A stretch of 64,000 nt of DNA from Phoronis australis (Eukaryota; Animalia; Phoronida), in NCBI GenBank assembly GCA_002633005.1, contig NMRA01000369.1:382513-446512 (forward strand). Reading direction: 5' to 3'. The notes below the pieces were generated by a model. That model was not told where the DNA came from. It ran no database searches and worked only from the letters and a program-made list of their open reading frames with translations. Shown here one piece after another: positions 52,757-64,000 of this stretch (positions are counted from its first letter, which is position 1; the number at the start of each line of letters is the position of its first letter). The translations under genes were made by a program, and so were the position numbers.

Positions 52757-52960
52757 TCTCGCGACATCTAGCGAGCTGACAACTGTGACGTATCATGGAA
52801 AGCCAGTTCTCGCACGTGACCTATTGTACTAAAACCACAGAGGCGGACCCAATGGCAATGATCAATAAGACTAGCTATTTTTATCTCATGGGGGGACCAC
52901 TATAGAGTTCAATTGCGACCCCCGGCCGACTTCATGGGACTAGTCGCGATAGTTTACACT
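52757..52960 (-). promoter_or_regulatory. GALNT2 proximal promoter region
   Basis: CpG-rich stretch directly upstream of the ATG; TCTCGCGA-like motif (~52757), E-box GTCACGTG (~52813-52820), CCAAT (~52850). Confidence 0.5.
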
Positions 52961-55900
52961 ATGAATTTCCGATTGGTAGCTCAAATTGGTCGATCGTTGT
53001 AGTTTTCAAATGAAGGCAAATTACATTGTTTCATTTTCATTTAGTTATTTTTGTTCATCAGACGAGATTCTTGAAGTACGCCCGGTTCCAGCAACAAGCG
53101 ATTTCCAGTGGGCGAAAATTCGTCAATAAATCAGGCTATTACACTTTTTAACACAATGCCACTAGGAACTCGGAAACATCAAAGATACGGACCGGGAAGG
53201 GCAACATAGTAATCCCCTTCCTCATTTATAATCAACAATGCATTTATTTCGTTCAAAACTTTTAAAACTAGTTTCCATGCCACCGATGACACTTAACTTA
53301 CCTTAAAATCCAAGTGCTGCCTGGTGGTTTGGTAACTGACCCAAATTGTGTGGCACACTCAGCAGAATTAATGAGCAACATATTATTGAAACATTAAACA
53401 AACGTTTTAGGTTATAAAAATCACACTCCTTGTCTAATTTTCAAAATTCAAAAACTTTATCACGTACGCTTTTTACGAGCTATTCAAATTTTTTTTTACA
53501 AACTTTCAAAACGAAAAATTAAAAATACTATTGTCACTCCCGATGGGTTTATGGTGGTCTCATTACATACAGAACGATAACATCGGACAGCCTGGTGTCT
53601 AGTGTCAACATCAATTTATGGTGTCTAGTGGATCTGAACCGGCAGATTCTGTGGTCAAACCCTAACACAGCCTTGGTGCAAAGCTGTATAAATATATTTT
53701 GGCGACATTCATCACACAGCTGGCTGGCTGGCTAACCGTAGCAACTGATGAAGTAAACCTCGAAATCGCCGCGTTTTACAAAGCGAAGTGCCCTGAAGCA
53801 CACACAAGATTTCAGCGGATTTATCAGCATAAGGTCGTTATACATTGGCTCCATTGATTTGTGTACACTGTCAACTGCCTATTTGTTTTCAGTTGAAAAA
53901 CACGACTTCTTTTAAGAAGTTAAAACTTTCAGTCGGAGGTCACTTTTCATATTTTATTCAAATTCGCAGTTATGTGGCAACCGACAAAAGCGTGGTGCCT
54001 TGAGGAGTCGAGAAAAGAAAGGCATCGTAGCAAGAAGAGAGAAAATTTAAGAGAACATTTGACAACTATTAGTGCACGATTTATCCTTTGAGGTCCCTGG
54101 TCAGTACATTGTTGTTAGGGGGCTCCTCAGTTTTTGCGGCATAGGTCGCCTAAACGCACTTGAAAACGGACACTTAATCATTCATAGATGTATTTCGAAA
54201 AAATCGAGAACAGTTGTAAAGCGCAGCTTTTGCGCAGCGCATTGAATTCATTTGGTTATATTAAATCCAATAAGACAATTTCACGAACGCAAAGCTATAT
54301 TTTCCAAGAAGCCCAGTCTGACAAGAAATAATAGAGACAACTGTCGCTCTATTTTTCGTTTTTTTCTCTCGAAATTGTATATCACTAGATGAAAATTGAT
54401 GACCTGGCAGATAGCATCAATTGCTGCGCATTTCATGTTTTTGGAATTATAGATCTTTTCATATTTATGGGTCTAGCCCTTGAAGGGGGGCAATTGATGA
54501 TGTTCAAGTGGCCACCTTTTCAATGTTTTTATTGACAAATTTTAAAGGGTCATTCACGGACAGAGGGCCCTATTTTGGAAATCTTACAACCTTCTCATGT
54601 TGAGGAAGGGCACTTCTTGCAGGGTCACACGACGATGGAACTAACTGTAACTCTTTTTCATGCTTAATGATATTTAGCCTTTCAGCTTAAGAACTTTCCT
54701 TTGATAAGGCTCCCTCTCTCGATAGGACGGTTTGGGAGAACTGTCCTTTTGTCCCTCTATATATGTAAATCTGACACTGCCAAGTTTTCACGTCGAGCTG
54801 AGATTCCAAAGTCATCAAAACACACAAAACATTCGTGCACAGCCCAGCAGTATCAAGCATTCGGTCCAAACAATGAAAAAATATCTAAAAAAGACAATAG
54901 GAGTGACCGCCATCTAAAGGGTGGGTGTTTGAAGAACGTAAACACCACTGTTTGCGAGTTACATAAAGGACTATTTTCGATGGTTTTATAAAATTATGTT
55001 ACTTTTTCCCATGTTTAACAAGATTAGCATTTCTTTTGAAGATCGTTTCTAAGGAATTCGCACATGCCGAAATGGCTGTCAGGGTCACGATTTTTGATGA
55101 ACGTGCACATGTCTAAAAGAGGTTCTCAAAGTACTTGCAATAATTTTTCTCACATGACCTGGAATGCGTTACGACATAACTGGTTAATAACACTGAGTAC
55201 GTCATAGACATCTTAATACTGATGTCTATGGAGTACGTTTTTTTTTGATATTACATGGGCAAATCACAAAGAAGTGCAAAGTAGAAATCCATTCGCCTAA
55301 CAATTTATCGTCTGTAAAATACTAAAGCAACCAAACGCGCGCCAACCAAACAATGTCGCAATTCCAAAAAGGTGACGATTGACAAATCGGGTGTCGCAAC
55401 TGTACGCACTCCCAGTCGGAAGGACACGCAAACAATTTCTTAAACGGACTCATCTTCGGCGACGAATTCCATGTCCATGTTCATTCAGAGACGAGCTCCA
55501 ACTCAAGGAACGCGGTGAGACTGTCTAGCTGCGCTGTCTAAAGGTCAATTCAGTGCTCACGCGCGGGAAAGCCTTGCTGATTGTTATTTATCAACATTTT
55601 TATTATTACTTCAAAGACTATTTATTAGATTCTTACTTGAATATTTGCTACGAAAGCTGAATACAATTTACAATTATTGATTTTTAAAATAAAACTATTA
55701 ACAAAAAGTAACTGAATTACTTTACATTGCGCAAGTTTGTCGTGTCACTCTAACATCAGTAGGGGTCAATCTCCACGTTTAGGAGTACAAATTATCTCAT
55801 TTTATCATTAGAGTCTGAATTATTTTACCTCAAAATTGCTAATCTGCGATTCCAAATCTTGGAACTTCCCGTTTACATGTTAAACTTTATTCTCAAAAGT

Positions 55901-57699
55901 ACCAAACAAACGTCATGAAAACAGCTCGGATCACATAAGTCTAAACTCTGCTGAAGTGCTGTACGTTTGACCATAGATCGTTGTAGGCTAATAGCCCATT
56001 GTTTGGTTCTTAAATAATTACTGAAGTGCAGATGAATTATTTGGTGGTCAGAAGTCCCAGCAGAAATCACACGAAGCATTGATATAATATTAAGGCCCAT
56101 ATCCATCTCATGTTACATTGCACTTGTTGAAACTGATGATGGCGATTGGTCAACAATGAAACGCTTTTAAAATGAAACTTGCATGAAACAAAGCCCTGGA
56201 CTTAAGGGCACTTACTGAGTAGTTGTGAGTTCACCGTTTACTGAGATCGCGGTCCCAAATGTCATGTGTCCTTTTGATTCGCTATAGAAGATTCGATGAG
56301 CAAATTTGATATGGTGCTGACTAAAGCCTTCTTACTGGCCATCATGTAGACCAATATAACGCTTGCTTACCTGATTTGTGTACTCGGTGATGTGTATGTA
56401 TTTATGTGACATTTTTCGTTGTTATTATTGCAGAAAGACTGGATGCCATGACGTATAGTTGTGCTCTGTAGTATGTTTGTAGATACTTTATTTTTATGTC
56501 ATAGAGTATACTAAATATAATAGATATTCTAGTTTCCACATGAAGTGTTTGTTTAACTTCTTCCTGTAGTAGGTAGTGTGTTGCACAGTAGTTAGTAACT
56601 GCGTAGCAGCCCTAATAGGAATCTTCTTCTTTATGGTGTGTGACATTGTGCATTTAGGATAATGGTCCGTGGTCATTTTGGATAGGTTCGACAGTTTATG
56701 CAGCATGCGAATATTTATTTTTCTGTTTTTGTGTACGTGTATGTCCATATAAGAAGGGATTTTATTCAATATTACATTTTATGACATCATGTACAAACTG
56801 TCGTCACAGTGATTTTAAAAGTGATGCTCTAGTATTTATAAACCTAGTATGCTATCCTCACTTTCTTCAAGAATCAGTGTGTTATGTTTGCAAAAACATT
56901 GTATTTTAAACAAAATATTTTAAATTCACCATCTCATGTGTTGTGATTGGCAATCGCATGTCACATCATTCTAAGTCGAAAATTTTGAATCGAACTTTGC
57001 CGGCACATAAACGGTTTGGATGTTCATGCTGCACTAATCTCGATAAACCTTTACCTTCAGGTTAAAATTGATGTCTAGCTTTATAGTTTTGAGTGATGAA
57101 AATTTCGAAATTTTGCCAACATCGTATCCCAAAAACAGCTAATGGGACTCAAATGAAACTGTCAGCTACTATGGCATTAAAATAAGACACGGTAAAAAAA
57201 TTGAAGCTTTCGTGACTTTGATGAAACGGCCAACAATCTTAAACCTTTCACACCATGGTCATAAATGCTTGAATTCGGTTACCAAAATATTGTTATGATA
57301 TTTTAAGTATTTCTTCTTCAATTTGTGTACTTTTAACCAAGAAATAAGCGCAAAAATTACATAATTAAAATTCTGTATGACGTCATCAGTGGACTCGTCT
57401 CCACCATTGTGTGGTTCTATACCAGCCGCAAGCCGAAGTTGGGCATCGTGGTCCTGGGTGGGCGGCCTTTTCCCACAGTTGCCTGTAATTCATTTAAGGC
57501 GTAGGTCACGTTTAGCAGAGCAGACTCAATGAAAGGAGTTGTTTTCAAAATTCCCTCCTAACTTTTGGGGGTTGTCGAGGGTTACAAATCATCACAGTAA
57601 CTGTATTTCGTTTCAGTGAGCTGTACGGGGAAGTCGTTTTTAATTCTGCTAATAGGCAAAAACCGGGTTTGTATGCTTTGAACAGGAGAATTAATCGAA

Positions 57700-58500
57700 A
57701 GTAGAGTTCGTGAGGAAAATGTTCAGAATTTGAAAAGAGCAAACGCTGATCTGCAGTTAGTTCAAAGATCAGAGAGTTCATGGGCCAATGATAATATGCA
57801 AGTTCCAGTTAAGAGGGAAGAGTAGGTACATACACCTCAAAATGCTTTGCTTCATTAAAGAGAAGTTTTTAAAAAGTGTATAAGTATCCTAAAAATAAAG
57901 ATGGAAAGTTGCCCAAATTAGATCAGAAATAACTAATTACTACTCCACTGTTTTCATAAACTGTCAAGTGGAAACTTCAATTACTACACCAGATCTGCTT
58001 AGAATCACAAGGAAATCCCTCAAATGGATGGAGATTTTTTTTTTTTGAAGTTTAAGTTAAAAGCAAAAAGTCTCCAGGAAATGACGGGTTAACTCACGAG
58101 TTCTATAAATTTTGTGGTATGAAGTCAAAACTCTTTTACCTAAAACGTTTCAATATAGTGTTTAGTAGGGTAGTTATCACAGAGACAAGGAGACATAACG
58201 CTCCTGCCGTCGCCTAAAAATGGATGAACTAGTACGTAATGGGCGACCAATATCATTACTAACCTCTGGTTACAAACTACTTACAGAAACTCTAAAGGCC
58301 CATCTAAATATTATCATGTGAAAACTGGTTCACTTAGTCTAGGATATGCTTGGTTATTATACGAACCATCAAGAACACATTACCAGAAATGGACAACTTA
58401 TTTGGCGCATTTTAACATATTTTTGAATGTGATCTCAAAATTGAATGGTCAAATTATCAGCAATACAAGCATTGTGTTTGAAGGTTGAAATCTTCACGTA
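57700..58500 (+). mobile_element. Decayed Tx1/L1-clade LINE ORF2 fragment
   Basis: Frameshifted remnants KSPGNDGLTHEFYKF (~58068-58112) and RPISLLTSGYKLLTETL (~58244-58294) match the KSPGxDG..EFY and WRPISLLNxDYK motifs preceding the RT domain. Boundaries are approximate. Confidence 0.75.
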
Positions 58501-59397
58501 CAAAATGACATCAGTGCGATGCCTTAAGAGTGCGTGTTACTGGCGCTGAGGTGCTTTGAACTGGACAATGTTCCCCCTGGAATCATTCAGGATATAATCT
58601 CGCCTCACACGTCGCTCCACGGACCTTTTGAACACTTAAAACGGCACAGGAAGAAATTTTGGAGCTCTTGAAAGCCCGTGAACACCATTTCGGAAAATGT
58701 ACTGGTGGCAAATGGAAGGAGAAACAGTAATTTCCGCAGGCAGTGGCGGATTAAGGATGTCAGAAGTTTTCGAAGGAATGAGTTTCACATAAACTCTAAA
58801 AAAGTGTATTTGGTGTTATCCGGAAGGAGTGGGCTGACCTTTTGTCTCTCTCGTCCCCTGGCGAACCTGGAATACTCACAGGGCAGTGGGGCAAACGCGA
58901 AATTGTTTGCAACCGGTGGGGGGGGGACTTTGCACTGAACAGGGAACCAAGCACAAAATAGAAATATCTTGACCAGGATTGGACTTTTATGAACTGAAAA
59001 GAGGGACCCTGTAGCTCTATTATTTCTCCCCCCGTGGCTACGCCGGTACCTTCGCCCTAAACCCGTCTGTTTTGTGCGGAAGTCGGCGTTCGCCGGCCAA
59101 GTAAAGAAAGCCATTACCCGTGTATCCTTTTGTAAATTTTGGGGGTCTAACGACACCCCTGTTTTGTTGAAAAATTGACCACCACCCCTACCTCTTAGAA
59201 TACGCCAGTGTGTCTATTCAAGAGTGTGTTTTTACAAGCCAGTTTTGTATTAAGCATAGAATCTCCTTGTTATTATTGTGAGAAATCTATTATCAGAAAA
59301 ATTACATACAATCACGTGTTATTAAGCAGATTTTTTCTAGGGATAAAATTGATGCACTGTGTATTGCCGTGAAAAGAGGGAACCATACGTTCCGCAC

Positions 59398-59546
59398 CAG
59401 TGGCGGATTAAGAAGGGGACCAAGGGGCCCATGCTCCCCCCTAAAATTCTCCCGGGTACCATTTGGCAGTTCGGGGGTGCGAATGTCTGACGGGCAAAAT
59501 CCTGGCTAATACTCTTCCCCTAAATGAATTTCTAAATCCGCCCCTG
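59398..59546 (-). mobile_element. MITE, CAG..CTG termini, 5-bp TSD (copy 3, inverted)
   Basis: CGCAC|CAGTGGCGGATT ... AAATCCGCCCCTG|CGCAC. Confidence 0.8.
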
Positions 59547-60041
59547 CGCACGGTTCCTTAATCGGTTCCCAAGTTTAAAACTTCTCGCTACTCCGCCAGT
59601 GCATATGTGCTGACATGTGTGGCCTCGTGAGACATTGTCCTTCCAAAATTCTGTCCACCTCAGCTTACTGCGTTCTTAACATTGGTGATTTCGCCACTCA
59701 AAATTTGATATCGTCCTTCAAGGAAGTGCGTATATTTCGAATAGTCGATATTTTGAAAAAAAATATTGTATTTTCGCTTGAAAGAATAGTCGTCTACCCA
59801 TAGGCTTACGATATTTTATATTTTCCATAAACTTACATTTACAATAAATCATTCATATGTCTAATTTCAGCACACAGAATAACAAGAATTTCAATATTTA
59901 CGATACAGGCGTGCTCACATGAATATTGCAGAGGAAACCTTTTACAAATTGAAGCATCAGATTTACGTAAGTGCGCGCGAGCAAACACTTTAATAACTTA
60001 AAACGAAAGTGAACTAACTGCTTAATTTAAAGTCAATTATC

Positions 60042-60323
60042 ATGGCCGGATGGTTGATATCGGTGATGTTGCTTTCTCAGTGCCTTTGGTTCTTGGCTCG
60101 CTCAGCGATGTTTGTAGAATTTTCTACGGAAAAGACATCCAAAACTTCCAGTAGCAGCCTGATGGCATTTGACGTCAGATCACAAACCGAATGCTCACTG
60201 AACTGTGCTTTACAGAGAGACTGCGTGGCTTTTCTTTATGATGTGGACTCGTCACGTTGCTCTAACTACAACACGGTGGACTTCATAATTCGGGATCGAG
60301 GCAGTAACATATTTGGGTGGCAG
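60042..60323 (+). CDS. Secreted PAN/Apple-domain protein, first coding exon (remaining exons not identified)
   Basis: Signal-peptide-like N-terminus, then RSQTECSLNCALQRDCVAFLYDVDSSRC (C-x3-C-x5-C-x-A-F-x-Y-x6-C PAN pattern); ends at the donor CAG|GTAAGA. Unspliced, the ORF stops at 60341. Confidence 0.75.
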
Positions 60324-60361
60324 GTAAGACATTGTATCTAAAAGGCAGGTAATTTTTTCAT

Positions 60362-60453
60362 TTCCCTCCCTCCCTCCCTCCGTCCCTCCCTCCCTCCCTC
60401 GCTCNNNNNNNNNNNNCCCTCGCTCCCTCCCTCCCTCCCTCGCTCCCTCCCTC
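60362..60453. repeat. (CCCT)n microsatellite with a small N gap
   Basis: Direct inspection. Confidence 0.95.
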
Positions 60454-60724
60454 CCAGTCCCCCTTCCTTTCTGTGTCGCTCCCTTCCATCCTAGTTGAAT
60501 TATTCGTCCCAGTTTAATGTGCAACCGTTGATTGAACGAAAGTGTTAAGCATTTCCTAGGATACGTTTATTTTACGGCGATTTTACATTTCACATAGGCG
60601 CAACTAGCTTCTTTAGGGCCAGAGGTTAAACATCAAGAAAGGGTGTGGGGCCAAAGAGAGTGTGAAACGTAATCTGAACAAAAGTGCCTTACATCTCCAG
60701 GATTAACAACACACTAAATCAGGG

Positions 60725-61623
60725 TGTTCCATCAAAACATGAACCCAGGTGTAAAACAGATTTCCTGGAGTCGAAAACAGACTCATGAACCATTGAAATA
60801 GCTAACCACCCCAAAAACACGAACCCCGACCTTTAAAACTAGCATCGCGGCGATCGGACGGTAAACCCCGACAACTTTTCAAATTTTCTGAGACCGTTGT
60901 CACTAGCCTCAAACTTTGAGTTAAAGCGTCTTCAAGTACTTTCCAGATGTTTTCTGCATTTGTTTGTTAAAACTTGTCAATAATAAAACGTAACTTATTT
61001 TATATTGACTTTGTTATTTAATTTTTATCGGTGAGACTCGTGCAACTTGTCTGTGGGAAAATTTCAACTTAATCTATGCTCTCAACTCGTTGTTATCTCG
61101 GTGAATATTTAGTTAATTTCAGATTATTCAATAATTTCTCCAAAATATTTTCTAGAATGAAATACAAAAATATTATTCGACTTTCGAGTTCCGTTGTTGA
61201 ATTTGTTGTGATATGTACGCAACATCGTTCAAAAAGAATAGTTGATTGAAGAATTGGGAAAAAAATTGGCCAACAGGCGACGCAATATTTCATGGCGCCG
61301 AAAGCCGACGTGTCCCAACTTTAGCAGCGGAATAACGTAGAACGCCAATTCGTTATTAGTAGTCTAAAATTATCATATGGTAAACCAACATATCACAAGA
61401 ACTATTAGATGAAGTAGGAAGATTTATTTTCCGCCAAACATTGTCTGGCAGAAAGTGCGGGAGTGGTGCTCCGGTCCCCGGGTGTCCTGTCCGATCCCCG
61501 AAATTCCTGTTTTAAAGATCAAGATTCGCATTTTTGGGCTGGTTAGCTGTTTTGAAGGTGCGGGAGTCTGTTTTCAACTCCGGGATATTTGTTTCATACC
61601 GAGGTACCTGTTTCGATGGAACT
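60725..61623. mobile_element. Non-autonomous element with long TIRs (family shared with 7954-8793)
   Basis: TGTTCCATCAAAAC...AAATAGCTAACCACCCCAAAAACACGAACC and the inverted TTTTTGGGCTGGTTAGCTGTTTTGAAGGTGCGG...GATGGAACT; located in intron 1 of the PAN gene. Confidence 0.75.
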
Positions 61624-61719
61624 ATGTCAAAATGTCGCGTGAACGAGTATTGCATGTATATCTATCTGTTTGTTAATTCTGTTGATTTAAAATGTGACAT
61701 AGATTAAATGTATCATACG

Positions 61720-63010
61720 ACTTGCGAATTACTGGGCACTACCCTCCTCAGCCGCCAACCGGGGATGATAACACAGTGTTGGCTACTATTGACGGTACTG
61801 CAATATGCGTAGTCGCCAGCAGGAATAAGCCACCGGGTAGTGTCTGGACAGTCAGAGTGGCTGGTCAGAGTCTGAAGCCATACAATTCTAGCTCTAGTCT
61901 AAATCTCGCACGATGCTCGTCCTGCATCACACTGAAGGCTCTTGTTGGTCTTCCGAATGTCACAATGTCCAATCTGGCCGAATAGAGACGACATTGATCG
62001 GGCGACAAAACCACGGCAACCGAACTTCACAGGCAAAGCATCTCCGACCTCTTTCCTCACACTGCGATCTTAACGACTCGTACCGCGTCTTCTTCGTTTC
62101 GCATGTATATTTTATATTCCCTCTCACGGAAATGCCACCTCAAACAATAGTACCCTTTTCAAAAAGTCCCAGCAAATCGCAATATCTGGGCGCTCGTTGA
62201 TCAAAGTAATATAGTCAGGGGATCGAAGAGCCGATCTTAAAAGTCAGTCTTGACCTTGCACTCATTGACACCCCACAACAACTTCAAGTGTCTTTCTGAC
62301 CTTTTTGCACGCGGAAGAGACTTTCCCTCACGAATAAATTGCATGCCACTGCCGGTCGTACTTGCTGGTTTTGTATTTACAGCGTTGCAATAAACATTCA
62401 CTGACTCTGATCGGATCTCCAGGACCTGGTTATGGGGTCAGGTGTACACCTGGAGGCATTGCGGACAGCCTGATGGAGCATGACAAAGTGTTACACGCTC
62501 TTTGTGACACCAGTTGCCAAGGTTCGAATCAGACAGACGTCATCTTTCCGGTTGGTAAAAGTATGAAGAAGGTCGTGTGCTGATCTAAGGAGAAATTATA
62601 CTGCCAAGGGTTCCACTGCAAAGGCTCGCCTCGGCATTTCTGGTTGGTTCTGCAGCTGACCATTTTACGATCGCAGCAAACTTCCGGTTGGATCTCTCAT
62701 CATCAGATGTAGCCTGACTTTTCTGGCTTTATATTCCTCCACGAGAGATGACACTGATAGCTGCAGGATCCCAGTTCCGACGGAGGAAAAGCATGGAGGG
62801 ACTCCTAACCGATAAGTTCTACAGTTGATAACGGGATTTCATATCTGCAGGGGCCACACAATTTGTGGAAGCAGGCCATGCTGAAAGCAGTACACTTTAA
62901 GCTGCCCTATATGGCAGCAGGCTGTTATCGATGGCCTTGAGCCCGTCCTCCGCAAGCTTCCGAACTTCCTAAGAAGAATGTGTACAGGCGTCCCACTGGG
63001 TTACCAACCA
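61720..63010 (-). mobile_element. Decayed RLE-type non-LTR retrotransposon 3' part (HERO/NeSL-like)
   Basis: Minus-strand remnants: a degenerate CCHC knuckle followed by YT*PHNQVL (~62520-62420), ERPDIAICW...VLLFEVAFP* (~62200-62125), and TKKTRYESLRSQCEERG...EV(G)CRGFVA (~62100-62000). These are restriction-like endonuclease motifs with stops and frameshifts. Confidence 0.75.
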
Positions 63011-63376
63011 CCGAAGTAATGTTCTCACCTCCAATTGAGAAGTGGGTGTGACTGACTTTACTAGCCCCTAACGACACATAATTCTATATATTTTGTGCAT
63101 TTATTTCTTGATTAAATGTTTACAAATTGAAGAAAAAATACTTAGAATGACATACCAAAAATTTTGGTAACCGAATTCAAGCGTTTATGACCATGGTATG
63201 ATGGGTTAAAGTAGCAATTTTTGATAGCACCAATGGAATTAATAAAAATCTAAATAACTCGTGGCTGAAATTTTGTGGATTCACATCCACCTCAAATGAC
63301 AAGAACCACCATAATACACTTATTGACATTTCCTATACCCTTGAAATTTTTACTTGAAACACCCAACCATTTCATC

Positions 63377-63579
63377 TTGTCAGACGATAGTCTGTGTGGG
63401 TTTGTTTAAAAGGTAGCTATGCTTTGAAGTTGTGCGTAGATGGAGAGTGAATAACTTGCCCCCCTTAATCCGTCAGTGCCTATGCCTAACAATGACAATT
63501 GTTGTCAGACGATTGTCTGTGTGGGTTTGTTTAAAAGGTAGCTATGCTGTGAAGTTGTGCGTAGATGGAGAGTGAATAA
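63377..63579. repeat. 78-bp direct repeat x2 (63377-63454, 63502-63579)
   Basis: Near-identical TTGTCAGACGAT...GAGTGAATAA copies. Confidence 0.9.
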
Positions 63580-64000
63580 TGAAATCCAGTAATTAATTTA
63601 TTATATGATAACCCCTAATTAGACAAATGAAACCTATTGTTAATTAATAATCAACTACAAAGAGAAACTACACTAGCGCCCTCTTTAAAGATTACTTTAA
63701 TCAAACAACCAAACGATCAAATGTCTTATCTGCTATCCAAGCTAGGACTCTCCACTTGTTGGATGTCTGTCCTGTTGGTGAATCTTCGAACTACAAAAAC
63801 ACTGTATAGCGACAGTGTACTTGCTGGTCACCGTCTCTGGTGATGCAACACTTGCACGCAATTTCTTCTACCCGCGAATCTTCTTGCTGGTCACAGTCTC
63901 TAGCTGATGACGCAACACTTCAGTTAGTATCTCACTACCCACAATGCAAGTGACAAGCTCTTAGTTAACTTCCGGTTCGTTAACCCTTGCCCTTGCCAAG

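Noticed and set aside
53745-53792. Hammerhead-like CTGATGA...CGAAA
   Set aside because: Stem II does not pair and the NUH cleavage triplet after the stem III partner is missing.
59120-59132. GTATCCTTTT U12 donor-like motif
   Set aside because: Inside a repeat, with no associated exon or branch site.

Overview
AT-rich, intron-rich animal genomic DNA, probably a bilaterian invertebrate (inferred from U12 introns, CTCF-like motifs and repeat types), from a draft assembly with N gaps. I reconstructed four genes by hand from splice signals. (1) BRF1 (TFIIIB 90 kDa subunit), minus strand: five coding exons, continuing off the left edge. (2) A DCAF4/WDR21-like WD40 gene, plus strand, head-to-head with BRF1. 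(3) A complete 15-exon polypeptide GalNAc-transferase 2 gene (GALNT2, 561 aa), minus strand, tail-to-tail with DCAF4. (4) The first exon of a secreted PAN/Apple-domain protein. Introns and intergenic DNA are dense with non-autonomous DNA transposons (4-, 5- and 6-bp TSD types), Helentron-like elements, decayed LINEs (Tx1/L1-like, HERO-like RLE) and minisatellites. The most notable observations are: a clear minor-spliceosome (U12) intron in BRF1; a candidate AT-AG U12 intron in DCAF4 with a competing in-frame U2 donor; an in-frame upstream AUG exon that could extend BRF1; a probable 3'UTR of a nested antisense BTBD3/6 gene at the left edge; a 40-bp hairpin in the DCAF4 3'UTR; and a CTCF-motif array carried by a repeat. 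I see no unambiguous wholly new multi-gene system. Nearly all entries in the ORF track are spurious or exon read-throughs.
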